Shown here: piece by piece, positions 1 through 8,354 of the stretch
Position numbering within the stretch: position 1 is the first letter of the stretch
Layout of the letters: the number at the start of each line of letters is the position of its first letter
DNA from: Actinomycetota bacterium
GTDB taxonomy: Bacteria; Actinomycetota; Thermoleophilia; Gaiellales; Gaiellaceae
Direction: 5' to 3'
Length of the DNA stretch: 38,656 nt
Assembly (NCBI GenBank): GCA_947507735.1
Contig: CANNRA010000001.1
Location: 1 to 38,656, forward strand
Made by a program: the position numbers and the translations under genes
Notes under the pieces: model-generated
Database searches by the model: none
What the model saw: the letters and a program-made list of their open reading frames with translations, nothing else
Told to the model about the DNA's origin: nothing

Positions 1-1
1 C

Positions 2-466
2 GGCGACTCGGCCGGCGCGAACCTGGCCGCCGTGGCGGCCCTGCGCGCCCGCGACGCGGGCCTCGCGCTGCGCTTCCAGGCGCTCAGCTACCCGGTCGCC
101 GAGGGGACGTTCGCCAGCGAGAGCTACAGCGCCTTCGCGTCGGGCTACGGTCTGACCAGCGCCGCCATGCAGTGGTACTGGGAGACCTACGCGCCCGGTG
201 ACGCGAAGCTGCATCCCGACGCCTCGGTGCTGCGCGCGGCGAGCCTTGCCGGTGCAGCGCCCGCCCTCGTCCAGACGGCCGAGTACGACGTGCTGCGCAG
301 CGAGGGCGAGGCGTACGCAGACCGGCTGGCCGCCGACGGCGTCACGGTCGCCCACACCCGCTGGGCGGGCCTCACGCACGGCTACCTGCGCATGACCGGT
401 GTCGCTAGCCGCGCGAGCGATGCGGTGGACGAGGTCGCGGCTGCCGTGAGCGCTGCGCTCGCCTAG
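2..466 (+). CDS. alpha/beta hydrolase, hormone-sensitive-lipase-type esterase/lipase (5'-truncated by window edge)
   Basis: Frame is open from nt 2 and begins with the GDSAGANLA nucleophile-elbow motif. Later DVLRSEG and HGY match the Asp/His triad context of the HSL family. The ORF track only shows it from an internal GTG at 32. Confidence 0.85.
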   Translation, partial: GDSAGANLAAVAALRARDAGLALRFQALSYPVAEGTFASESYSAFASGYGLTSAAMQWYWETYAPGDAKLHPDASVLRAASLAGAAPALVQTAEYDVLRSEGEAYADRLAADGVTVAHTRWAGLTHGYLRMTGVASRASDAVDEVAAAVSAALA

Positions 467-490
467 CCGCCGCGGCGGCTCGGGCAGCCG

Positions 491-1126
491 CTAGGCGTCG
501 GTGCCGACGACCGTCGCCTCGACGTCGAACTCCTCGACGACGTCGGGCACACGGCCCACCAGCTCGGCCGTGCGGCTCGGCGAGGGCGCGAGGGCGGCGT
601 CGGGCGTCTCCCAGAAGCAGAAGGCGCCGTAGCGAGCGGCACCGGGCTCGTTGCCCGCCACGGTCTCGTCCGAGACCCAGGCCTTGAGGCGCAGGCCGGC
701 GACCTCGGCGAAGGCGTCGAGCGCCTCCTCTTCGATGTGGGCGCGCAGGTCGGGCAGCGAGACGCGGGTCGCGCCGTCCAGCCGCCACAGGTAGAGGCGC
801 AGCAGCTCCTGCCCGCCGGCCTCGCGGCCGCGTCCCGCAAGCCGGTGGTCGTCGTAGTCGCCGCTGACGCTCGCCTCGACGACGAGCTCGTCGTCGATGT
901 CGGGATCCTTGCCGATGATGTCGGCCCCGGGGATGGGGCCGGGCTCGTCCTCCCACAGCGAGACGACGCCCCAGCGGTCGCCCAGCTCGTCCGAGACGAA
1001 GGCGGCGAAGGTGAGCCCCGGCGTGTCGGCGTAGGCCGGCAGCCACTCCTCGCGCATCCGCTCGCGCAGCTCGCCGAGGTCGATCAGCGTGTCACCGAGC
1101 TGCCAGAGAGCGATGCGAGCGATCAT
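491..1126 (-). CDS. hypothetical protein with internally duplicated alpha+beta-barrel-like (ABM/DABB-like) halves
   Basis: 211-aa ORF with good GC3 bias. The two halves share a pattern: (I/L)xLW(Q/R)L ... LR..(M/I).EE.L.A(Y/F)A...GL...A(F/W)VSDE ... (L/F)WE..P ... VEA.V.G. Its start lies 9 nt after the stop of the upstream MFS gene. Confidence 0.6.
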   Translation of the reverse strand: MIARIALWQLGDTLIDLGELRERMREEWLPAYADTPGLTFAAFVSDELGDRWGVVSLWEDEPGPIPGADIIGKDPDIDDELVVEASVSGDYDDHRLAGRGREAGGQELLRLYLWRLDGATRVSLPDLRAHIEEEALDAFAEVAGLRLKAWVSDETVAGNEPGAARYGAFCFWETPDAALAPSPSRTAELVGRVPDVVEEFDVEATVVGTDA

Positions 1127-1135
1127 CCGGCGAGC

Positions 1136-2317
1136 CTAGCCGTGCTCGGCCTCGGCCGCAGCCGCGGCAGAGGCGGCCAGCGGCGCGTCGCGCAGGCGGA
1201 GCCGGCGCACGGCGAGCAGGGCTGCAGCGGTGGTGCCGCCGACGATCAGGTACGGCACCTTGTCGCCGGTCACCGAGGCCAGTGCGCCACCCGCGGCCGA
1301 CCCGATGATGAAGCCGGGCCCGATCGCCAGGTTCATCAGCGCGAAGCCGAGGCTCTGGTGAACGCCCGCGCGCTCGATGCCCTCGCTCAGCAGCGACGTG
1401 CCGGGAATCCAGAAGACCTCGAAGGCGATCGCGGCCACTGCGACGAGCGGCGCGAGCGCCCAGCGGCCGTGCACCCAGGGCAGCGCCAGCGCCATCGCGG
1501 TTGCGCCGATCAGGGCCAGCGAGACGATGCCGCGTCGGCCGCGACGGTCGATGCGTCGCCCGAGGAACGGGCTCGCAACCCCGAGCGTTGCCGAGGCGCA
1601 GATGAACGTCACGGTGATGCCGATCGGCCCCATGCCGCCGCGGTCGAGGGCGAGCGGCGCGAGCACGAAGAGCACGCCGATGCAGAACGCCGGCAGCGAC
1701 ACGAGCGCGAGGCCGCCGACGACCCGCGGGTGACAGATGGCGCGCCAGAGGTCGGAGAGGCCCTGCCGGTCGGTTGGGACCGGACAGGGGACGCGGCCCG
1801 CCGCCGTGACGGTCGCGACGGCGATCGCGGCAACAGCCGTGAAGACGGTGGCGCGGCCGAGCTCGGCAGCGGCGCCACCGAGCGCGGGGCCGAGCAGCGA
1901 GCCGATGGTGGCGCCCATGATCCCGTACCCGATCAGCTCGCCGCGGCGCTCGCGCGGGGCAGCAAGCACGAGCCAGCTGAACGCGCTCGTCCAGGCGAGA
2001 CCGGCGCCGAGGCCCTGTGCGCCGCGCGCCAGCACGAGCTGCCAGTAGTTGTCGGCGAAGCCGAAGCCGACGCTGCTCACCGAGATCAGGAAGATGCCGG
2101 TGAGCGCCACCTTCTTCGGCCCGATGCGCGCGCCGATCAGCCCGCCGGGTACGGCGACGAGCGCCACGCCGATCGCGTAGGCCGCAGTCAGCAGGCCTGC
2201 GGCCGACTTCGAGAAGCCCAGCTCGTCCTTGAGGTGGGGCAGCAGCGGCGCGAGTGCCGCGAAGAAGGTCGACTCGAACAGGGTGACGAGAACGACGACG
2301 GCGAGGAGGCGGCGCAC
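1136..2317 (-). CDS. MFS transporter
   Basis: 393 aa with about 12 hydrophobic helices and an MFS-like loop motif (GRRIDRRGRR). GTG start with TAGGAT 6 nt upstream on the minus strand. Confidence 0.85.
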   Translation of the reverse strand: MRRLLAVVVLVTLFESTFFAALAPLLPHLKDELGFSKSAAGLLTAAYAIGVALVAVPGGLIGARIGPKKVALTGIFLISVSSVGFGFADNYWQLVLARGAQGLGAGLAWTSAFSWLVLAAPRERRGELIGYGIMGATIGSLLGPALGGAAAELGRATVFTAVAAIAVATVTAAGRVPCPVPTDRQGLSDLWRAICHPRVVGGLALVSLPAFCIGVLFVLAPLALDRGGMGPIGITVTFICASATLGVASPFLGRRIDRRGRRGIVSLALIGATAMALALPWVHGRWALAPLVAVAAIAFEVFWIPGTSLLSEGIERAGVHQSLGFALMNLAIGPGFIIGSAAGGALASVTGDKVPYLIVGGTTAAALLAVRRLRLRDAPLAASAAAAAEAEHG

Positions 2318-2323
2318 TCGGTG

Positions 2324-2329
2324 ATCCTA
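2324..2329 (-). promoter_or_regulatory. -10-like hexamer TAGGAT, 6 nt upstream of the GTG of the MFS gene (leaderless-type)
   Basis: Minus strand reads TAGGAT-CACCGA-GTG. No Shine-Dalgarno sequence. Confidence 0.4.
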
Positions 2330-2337
2330 CTTCCGCC

Positions 2338-2343
2338 TATGCT
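2338..2343 (+). promoter_or_regulatory. -10-like hexamer TATGCT, 6 nt upstream of GTG 2350 (leaderless-type)
   Basis: TATGCT-gccgcc-GTG. It sits in a 32-nt divergent intergenic region. Confidence 0.4.
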
Positions 2344-2349
2344 GCCGCC

Positions 2350-3945
2350 GTGCAAGGACTGACGATGGACTTCCCGCTGACGGTGCACGCGATCGTGCGC
2401 CGTGCCCGCTCGCTGCACTTCGCGCGCGAGGTTGTCTCGCGGCTGCCGGACGGCAGCGTGGGTCGCACGACGTACGGCGCCGTGGTCGAGCGGGCCGAGC
2501 GGCTGACGGTGGCGCTCGGCAGCATTGGCATCGCGCCGGGCGACCGCGTCGCCACCTTCGGCTGGAACCACGCCGAGCATCTGGAGGCGTATCTCGGCGT
2601 GCCCTCCTGCGGCGCCGTGCTGCACACGCTCAACGTGCGGCTGCATCCGGACGAGCTCGCCTACATCGCCAACCACGCCGGCGACCGCGCGGCAATCGTG
2701 GATGCCTCGCTGCTGCCGCAGTTCGAGGCCTTCCGTGCGCGCACGCCGATCGAGCACGTGATCGTCGTCGGCGGTGAGGCGCCGGCAGGCATGCTCGCCT
2801 ACGAGGAGCTGCTGGCTGCCTCCGACCCGGCGCTCTTCGTCGAGGTCGAGCTGGACGAGCAGTCGGCCGCCTCGTGCTGCTACACCTCGGGCACGACCGG
2901 GATGCCGAAGGGCGTCCTCTACAGCCATCGTTGCCTGGCCCTGCACGCGCTCTCGGTGTCCACGGTGGACAGCCTCGCCGTCGCCCAGCGCGAGACCGTG
3001 CTGCCCGTTGTGCCGATGTTCCACGTCAACGCCTGGGGTTTGCCGTACGCGGCCGCAATGACCGGGGCGAAGCTCGTGCTGCCCGCGTCGCGGCTCGATG
3101 CCGCCAGCCTGCTCGAGCTGATCGTGACGGAGCAGGTCACGCTCGCGGCTGGCGTGCCGACGGTGTTCCTGCCGATCCTGGAGGCGCTCGACGCCGCGCC
3201 CGGGCGGCACGACGTCTCGGCGCTGCACACGGTCGTGATCGGCGGCGCCGCCGCACCGCGCGCCCTGATCGAGGGCTTCGACCGGCACGGCGTGCAGGTG
3301 CTGCACGCCTGGGGCATGACCGAGATGGCCCCGATCGGCACCGTCGGCCGCGTCCCCGCGGAGCTTGCCGGCGCGCCCTACGAGACGCAGCTCTCCGCCC
3401 GTGCCAAGCAGGGGCGTCCCGTGCCCTTCGTCGAGGCGCGCGCTCGTGGCGACGAGGGGCTCGTGCCGTGGGACGGCGCCAGCTACGGCGAGCTCGAGGT
3501 GCGAGGCGCGAGCGTGGCTGCCCAGTACATGGGCGGCGACGGTGCAGAGAGCTTCACCGCCGACGGCTGGTTCCGTACCGGTGATGTCGTGACGATCGAC
3601 CCGGACGGCACCGTCGTCATCCAGGACAGGGCGAAGGATCTGATCAAGTCGGGCGGCGAGTGGATCAGCTCGGTCGCGCTGGAGAACGCCCTGATGGGGC
3701 ACCCTGCCGTCGCCGAGGCCGCGGTGGTTGCCGTGCCGCACGAGCGCTGGGGTGAGCGCCCGCTCGCTGTCGTCGTGCTGCGCGACGGCGCGACGGTGAC
3801 AGCAGACGAGCTGCGCGCCGAGCTCGAGCCCCGCTTCGCCCGCTGGTGGCTCCCCGACGAGATCGTCTTTGCGGACGCGATCCCCAAGACGGCGACGGGC
3901 AAGTTCCGCAAGACCGCGTTGCGCGACCTCCATCGGCGCGGCTGA
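2350..3945 (+). CDS. AMP-dependent acyl-CoA synthetase/ligase (long/medium-chain fatty-acid-CoA ligase-like)
   Basis: YTSGTTGMPKGV AMP-binding motif, WGMTE, FRTGD, and GEWISS...KTATGKFRK C-terminal motifs. Alternative start ATG 2365, preceded by AAGGA. Confidence 0.9.
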   Translation: MQGLTMDFPLTVHAIVRRARSLHFAREVVSRLPDGSVGRTTYGAVVERAERLTVALGSIGIAPGDRVATFGWNHAEHLEAYLGVPSCGAVLHTLNVRLHPDELAYIANHAGDRAAIVDASLLPQFEAFRARTPIEHVIVVGGEAPAGMLAYEELLAASDPALFVEVELDEQSAASCCYTSGTTGMPKGVLYSHRCLALHALSVSTVDSLAVAQRETVLPVVPMFHVNAWGLPYAAAMTGAKLVLPASRLDAASLLELIVTEQVTLAAGVPTVFLPILEALDAAPGRHDVSALHTVVIGGAAAPRALIEGFDRHGVQVLHAWGMTEMAPIGTVGRVPAELAGAPYETQLSARAKQGRPVPFVEARARGDEGLVPWDGASYGELEVRGASVAAQYMGGDGAESFTADGWFRTGDVVTIDPDGTVVIQDRAKDLIKSGGEWISSVALENALMGHPAVAEAAVVAVPHERWGERPLAVVVLRDGATVTADELRAELEPRFARWWLPDEIVFADAIPKTATGKFRKTALRDLHRRG

Positions 3946-3972
3946 CCCTCGTTGCCGCGACAATCCCGGGCG

Positions 3973-4521
3973 ATGCGCCTCGTCAACCGCCCGTTGCGGG
4001 CCCTGCTCCTGCTCGCCGCTGTGCCGCTGGCGACGTGGATCGCTCTCGACATCTATCTCTTCGTGACGCCGTCGCTCGACCGGCCCGTGCAGGCCGATGC
4101 CGTGATCGTCCTGGCCGGTGACCGGACGCCGCGCCTGGATCGCGGCCTCGGCCTGATGCGCGCGGGCGTCGCACCGACGCTCGTCATCTCCGACGGGCAC
4201 GATCCGAACTGGCCAGCGGCGAACCGGCTCTGCGCGGAGGGCTCGCCGGGCTTCCAGGTCGTGTGCTTCAAGCCCGATCCCTACAGCACGCGTGGCGAGG
4301 CCCGGGGCTTCGCGCGGCTCGCCCGCGAGCACGGCTGGCGCTCCGTGGTCGTCGTCACCTCGACGTTTCACGTGACCCGCGCCCGGATGCTCTTCCGGCG
4401 TTGCTTCCGCGGCAGGGTCGAGGGAGTGGGCGCGCACGCGTCGCTCGGCCGGTTGAAGTTCAACGTCGTCGCCGAGGTCGGCAAGCTCCTCGTGCAGCTC
4501 ACGGTGGCGCGCGGTTGCTGA
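3973..4521 (+). CDS. YdcF/DUF218 (ElyC/SanA-like) family protein with N-terminal TM anchor
   Basis: N-terminal hydrophobic helix, then VIVLAGD...R, and STRGEA...VVVTSTFHVTRA, which is typical of DUF218. The ORF could start at TTG 3952; ATG 3973 is preferred. Confidence 0.75.
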   Translation: MRLVNRPLRALLLLAAVPLATWIALDIYLFVTPSLDRPVQADAVIVLAGDRTPRLDRGLGLMRAGVAPTLVISDGHDPNWPAANRLCAEGSPGFQVVCFKPDPYSTRGEARGFARLAREHGWRSVVVVTSTFHVTRARMLFRRCFRGRVEGVGAHASLGRLKFNVVAEVGKLLVQLTVARGC

Positions 4522-4556
4522 AGCGGCTTCCGGCGCGGCTGCTATAAGAACTGCCT

Positions 4557-5159
4557 ATGCATGTGCGCCATCTGACCGTTCTCCTTGCCGCCCTCGCCCT
4601 TGCCTCCGGTTTCGGTGCGGCCGCTGCCGTCGCTGCTCCGGCGCGCACGGCCGTTGCGAGCGCCGACACCTGCCGCGCGGCCATCACCAGCCAGAACTGG
4701 CGCGCCGTGTTCAGCCACGAGACCTCGTTGATCCGTGCCAGGGCCGCGGTCAAGAAGCTCGTCGCCCTCGGGTTCAAGACCGCGAAAGCCGAGAACCGTG
4801 GCTGCAACGACTTCGCGATCGTTCTGGAGAGCCCGGAGTTCTCGAAGTTCACGGTGCGTACGTCGTTCGCGCTGCAGGCAGCCAGGGCAAGGCTCGTGGT
4901 CACCTACGCACCGTCGGGTAACGCCAAGGCCAAGTCCGGCGATGTCAACGTCTACTTCGGGCACGCCAGCACGCTGGTGGCAGCCGATGAGCTTCGGCGC
5001 AGGGTCGGCGCTCGCGGCTGGCGCGAGACGGATGTCCACTACCTGAGCCCGGGCGACTGGACGGTCATCTGGCGCAACGTGCCCGGCACCGCCGCCGAGG
5101 GCACCGTTGGCGCAGCGATGGCCGCGGGCTTCACGCCCGAGCTCGAGCTGATCGGCTAG
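4557..5159 (+). CDS. secreted hypothetical protein with two SPOR-like repeats (tentative)
   Basis: Signal peptide (LLAALALASGFGAAAAVAAPA). Two roughly 70-aa repeats have a beta-alpha-beta-beta-alpha-beta pattern resembling SPOR domains. TATAAG lies 8 nt upstream of the ATG. Confidence 0.6.
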   Translation: MHVRHLTVLLAALALASGFGAAAAVAAPARTAVASADTCRAAITSQNWRAVFSHETSLIRARAAVKKLVALGFKTAKAENRGCNDFAIVLESPEFSKFTVRTSFALQAARARLVVTYAPSGNAKAKSGDVNVYFGHASTLVAADELRRRVGARGWRETDVHYLSPGDWTVIWRNVPGTAAEGTVGAAMAAGFTPELELIG

Positions 5160-5170
5160 TCGCTCCGGCG

Positions 5171-6076
5171 CTACAGCTCGAGCAGCGCCGCAGCGATGCG
5201 GCGGTATGACTCGGTGCAGAGGTCGAGCGGGTCGAGCGCGATCGCCTGCACGGGCACGTGGTCGGCGCCGGCGTCGAGATGCTGCTTGACGCGTTCGCGA
5301 ATCGCGCTCTCGTCGCCCCAGGCGACGATCGAGTCAACGAGGTGGTCGCTCTGCGTGTCGAGATCCTCCTCGCTGAAGCCTTGCTTGAGCAGGCTCAGCC
5401 GGAAGTTGTTGATCCCGACGTACCACGACATGTAGGTGCGGCCGATGTGGCGCGCCTCGGAAGCGTCGGTGGTCAGGACGAAGGCCTGCTCCGGCACGAG
5501 CAGCTTGTCGGGCCCGAGGATCTCACGGGCCATCGCCGTGTGCTCGGGCGTCGTCATGTACGGGTGCGCGCCGCTCGAGAGCTCGGCTGCGAGGCGCAGC
5601 ATGGGCGGACGGAGCGCGGCCAGGATGTGCTGCACGGGCGCTGTCTGCGCCGTCTCGGTCGGCATGGGGGAGACGAACTTGGCGTTCGCCATCGCACCCA
5701 GGTAGTTGCGCATCACCTCCATCGGCTTCTCGCCGTAGGAGTGGCCGCGCGGGTCGACCTGCTCGCGGTGGCTGATGCCCAGGCCGAGCAGGAAGCGGTC
5801 GCCGTAGCTCTCGTTGAGCGTGCGCGTCGCCGTGATGGTCGTGACCGGGTCCCGCGCCCAGATGTTGGCGATGCCGGAGCCCCAGATCAGCTTCTCGGTG
5901 CCGGCCAGGATCGCAGCGGCGTTCGTGAACATCTCGCGGGTGCCGAGGCCCTCGCCCGTCCAGATGGCGGAGAAGCCGAGCTCCTCGATCTCGCGAGCGA
6001 AGGCGATGCCGGTCTTGGCCGGGACGACCTCCATGGGAACGGAGAAGACGCCTACTTTTCCGAGGGCAGGGAGCAC
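5171..6076 (-). CDS. LLM-class (luciferase-like) F420-dependent oxidoreductase
   Basis: 301 aa. GVFS...ELGFSAIWTGE, FLLGLGISH and a C-terminal WGDE...GADHV are typical of the LLM/F420 family. GTG start. Confidence 0.85.
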   Translation of the reverse strand: MLPALGKVGVFSVPMEVVPAKTGIAFAREIEELGFSAIWTGEGLGTREMFTNAAAILAGTEKLIWGSGIANIWARDPVTTITATRTLNESYGDRFLLGLGISHREQVDPRGHSYGEKPMEVMRNYLGAMANAKFVSPMPTETAQTAPVQHILAALRPPMLRLAAELSSGAHPYMTTPEHTAMAREILGPDKLLVPEQAFVLTTDASEARHIGRTYMSWYVGINNFRLSLLKQGFSEEDLDTQSDHLVDSIVAWGDESAIRERVKQHLDAGADHVPVQAIALDPLDLCTESYRRIAAALLEL

Positions 6077-6082
6077 GGTGCA

Positions 6083-6088
6083 AACCTA
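6083..6088 (-). promoter_or_regulatory. -10-like hexamer TAGGTT, 6 nt upstream of GTG 6076 (leaderless-type)
   Basis: Minus strand reads TAGGTT-TGCACC-GTG. Confidence 0.4.
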
Positions 6089-6102
6089 CCAGCCCTACCC
6101 AC

Positions 6103-6108
6103 TAGACT
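6103..6108 (+). promoter_or_regulatory. -10-like hexamer TAGACT, 6 nt upstream of ATG 6115 (leaderless-type)
   Basis: TAGACT-cacgcc-ATG. No SD. Confidence 0.4.
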
Positions 6109-6114
6109 CACGCC

Positions 6115-6765
6115 ATGCCCCTGCCGATCGCCGTCCCGAGCAAGATCATCTGCATCGGGCTCAACTATCGCGACCACGCCGCCGAGTCCGGCATGGCGAT
6201 CCCGGAGCGCCCGCTGATCTTCTCGAAGTGGCCGAACACGCTGATCGGGCCGGGCGATGCCATCGTGCTGCCGACGCTCTCCGACCAGGTCGACTACGAG
6301 GCCGAGCTTGGTGTCGTCATCGGCACGCGGGCCGCGAAGGTTGCGGTTGCCGATGCGCTGGCCCACGTCAAGGGCTACTGCTGCTCCAACGACGTGTCTG
6401 CGCGCGACGTGCAGCTCGGTGACGGCCAGTGGGCCCGCGGCAAGTCGCTCGACACGTTCTGCCCGGTCGGTCCGCTCGTGCCGGCCTCCCAGGTGCCCGA
6501 TCCGCAGCAGCTCCGCGTCCGGGCCATCCTCAACGGCGAGACCATGCAGGACGCCTCGACCGCCGACATGATCTTCTCTGTCGCGGAGATCATCTCGTTC
6601 ATCAGCCAGGGCATCACGCTCGAGCCGGGCGACCTGATCCTAACCGGCACCCCGCCCGGCGTTGGCTTCGCCCGCAAGCCGCCGATCTTCCTGCGTGCTG
6701 GCGACGAGATCACGGTCGAGATCGACGGCCTCGGCTCGCTGTCCAACCCGGTGCGCAGCGCGTAG
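6115..6765 (+). CDS. fumarylacetoacetate hydrolase (FAH) family protein
   Basis: KIICIGLNYRDHA, DYEAELGVVIG, GKSLDTFCPVGP and GDLILTGTPPGVG are hallmark FAH-fold motifs. Confidence 0.9.
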   Translation: MPLPIAVPSKIICIGLNYRDHAAESGMAIPERPLIFSKWPNTLIGPGDAIVLPTLSDQVDYEAELGVVIGTRAAKVAVADALAHVKGYCCSNDVSARDVQLGDGQWARGKSLDTFCPVGPLVPASQVPDPQQLRVRAILNGETMQDASTADMIFSVAEIISFISQGITLEPGDLILTGTPPGVGFARKPPIFLRAGDEITVEIDGLGSLSNPVRSA

Positions 6766-6822
6766 CGGGTACGCCGCTTGCGCAGCACCCGGGGTTAACC
6801 GGTTACCGAGAGGAGTAGGGCC

Positions 6823-7116
6823 ATGGCGTTTGTCGTCACTGCCAAGTGGACAGCCAGGGAAGGCCAGGAGGACGTCGTCGAGGCGGCCCTGCGCAAGCTC
6901 GCCGGCCCGTCGCGTGCCGAGGCGGGCAGCATCCTCTACCAGGCCCACCGCGACCCGGACAACCCCCGCGTCTTCTTCCTCTACGAGCAGTACCGCACGA
7001 AGGCCGACTACGAGGCGCACGGCGCCTCCGCGCACTTCCAGGAGTTCGGCGTGGGCGAGGCCTTCCCGTCGCTGGAGCTGCGCGAGCGCGGCTTCTACGA
7101 GACCTGGGAGATCTAG
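6823..7116 (+). CDS. antibiotic-biosynthesis-monooxygenase (ABM) / YgiN-like quinol monooxygenase
   Basis: 97 aa. FFLYEQYRTKADYEAHGASAHFQEF is a typical ABM pattern. Strong SD GAGAGGAG upstream. Confidence 0.85.
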   Translation: MAFVVTAKWTAREGQEDVVEAALRKLAGPSRAEAGSILYQAHRDPDNPRVFFLYEQYRTKADYEAHGASAHFQEFGVGEAFPSLELRERGFYETWEI

Positions 7117-7121
7117 GCCCG

Positions 7122-8303
7122 ATGCGGAGCCGGCAGGCCGCGCTCGTCCTCGTCGGGCTGTTCGTCGCGTCGCTGGCGCTCCGTCCGCAGATCATCGGGG
7201 TCGGCCCGCTGCTCCCGCAGGTCAAGGCCGACCTCGGGATCTCGCACACGGTTGAGGGGTTGCTCAGCGCGATACCGGTGCTGTGCATGGGCCTGTTCGC
7301 TCCCGTTGCGGCGCTCCTGGCCGCCCGCTTCGGCGCGCGCTACGCCATCGCCGCCGCGCTCGCGCTGATCGCGGCCGGCGGCATGCTGCGCGTCGCCTCG
7401 CCGCATGCCGCGGTGCTGCTGCTCTTCACCTTCCCCGTGGGCGTGGGGATCGCGATCGCCGGCACGCTGATGCCGGTCGCGGTGAAGGAGCGCTTCCCGC
7501 ATCGCCCCGGCTTCGCCACCGGCGTCTACGCCGCCGGGATCCAGACCGGCTCGACCGCGGCTGCAGCGCTCGCCGTGCCGCTCGCCCACTGGCAGGGTGG
7601 CTGGCGCTTCTCGCTCCTGATCTTCTCGGCGGCGATGGCCGTGCTCGTGCCGCTGTGGCTCCTCTCGAGCCGCAGCCAGGTCGAGCGGCCGTTGCGCCTT
7701 GTCCGGCCGAAGCTGCCGTGGCGCAGCCTCACCGCCTGGCGCCTCGCGATCGTCTTCGCGCTGGTCGGCATGAACTTCTACGCCGTCTCGCACTGGTTGG
7801 CCAACGCCTACGTCGAGCACGGCTGGAGCGAGCACCGCGCGGGCTGGCTGCTGACGGCGTTCCAGGCCGCCACGGTGCCCTCGGGCCTTGTCATGCCGTG
7901 GATCGCCGACCGCTTCGGCTCGCGGCGGATCTACATGGTGGTGGCGGCGCTCGTCATGTGCGCCACGCTGGTCGGCGTGATCGAGGCGCCGGGCGGTGCC
8001 TGGTTCTGGGTGGCGATCATCGGCTGGTGCAACGGCACGCTGTTCGGCATGGTGATGACGCTGCCGCTGGATGTCTCCGACAAGCCCGCCGAGGTGGGCG
8101 CCGTGGCGGCGATGATGCTCGGCGTCGGCTACTCGCTGGCCGCGGCGTTGCCGTTCACCCTGGGCGCCGTGCGCGATGCGACCGGCTCCTTCACCGACGC
8201 GCTGTGGGTGCTCGTCGGCGTGACGGCGCTCGCCGCCGCCGCTGCCTCGACGCTGACGCACGACCGCTTGCGCCGCGGCGTGGGGGCGACGGCGCGCGAG
8301 TAG
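7122..8303 (+). CDS. MFS transporter, CynX/NimT-like
   Basis: LRPQIIGVGPLLPQVKADLGIS...LLSAIPVLCMGLFAP matches the N-terminus of the CynX family, with about 12 TM helices. The ORF-track start at 6846 overlaps the ABM gene and gives an Arg/Pro-rich artefact. ATG 7122 lies 5 nt after the ABM stop. Confidence 0.8.
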   Translation: MRSRQAALVLVGLFVASLALRPQIIGVGPLLPQVKADLGISHTVEGLLSAIPVLCMGLFAPVAALLAARFGARYAIAAALALIAAGGMLRVASPHAAVLLLFTFPVGVGIAIAGTLMPVAVKERFPHRPGFATGVYAAGIQTGSTAAAALAVPLAHWQGGWRFSLLIFSAAMAVLVPLWLLSSRSQVERPLRLVRPKLPWRSLTAWRLAIVFALVGMNFYAVSHWLANAYVEHGWSEHRAGWLLTAFQAATVPSGLVMPWIADRFGSRRIYMVVAALVMCATLVGVIEAPGGAWFWVAIIGWCNGTLFGMVMTLPLDVSDKPAEVGAVAAMMLGVGYSLAAALPFTLGAVRDATGSFTDALWVLVGVTALAAAAASTLTHDRLRRGVGATARE

Positions 8304-8354
8304 CCCAGCGGCTCAGCCCTGGCTGCAGACGTGCGCCACGGTCGTGGCGACCGC

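Noticed and set aside
737-2362. 541-aa plus-strand ORF overlapping the DABB-like and MFS genes
   Set aside because: Same shadow-ORF composition (runs of R, A, G, D, E). The opposite strand encodes a coherent 12-TM MFS protein.
2188-4437. 749-aa minus-strand ORF spanning the acyl-CoA ligase and DUF218 genes
   Set aside because: The composition is dominated by Arg/Ala/Gly/Pro/His and I recognise no motifs. It lies antisense to two genes with clear family signatures. This is a typical GC-rich shadow ORF.
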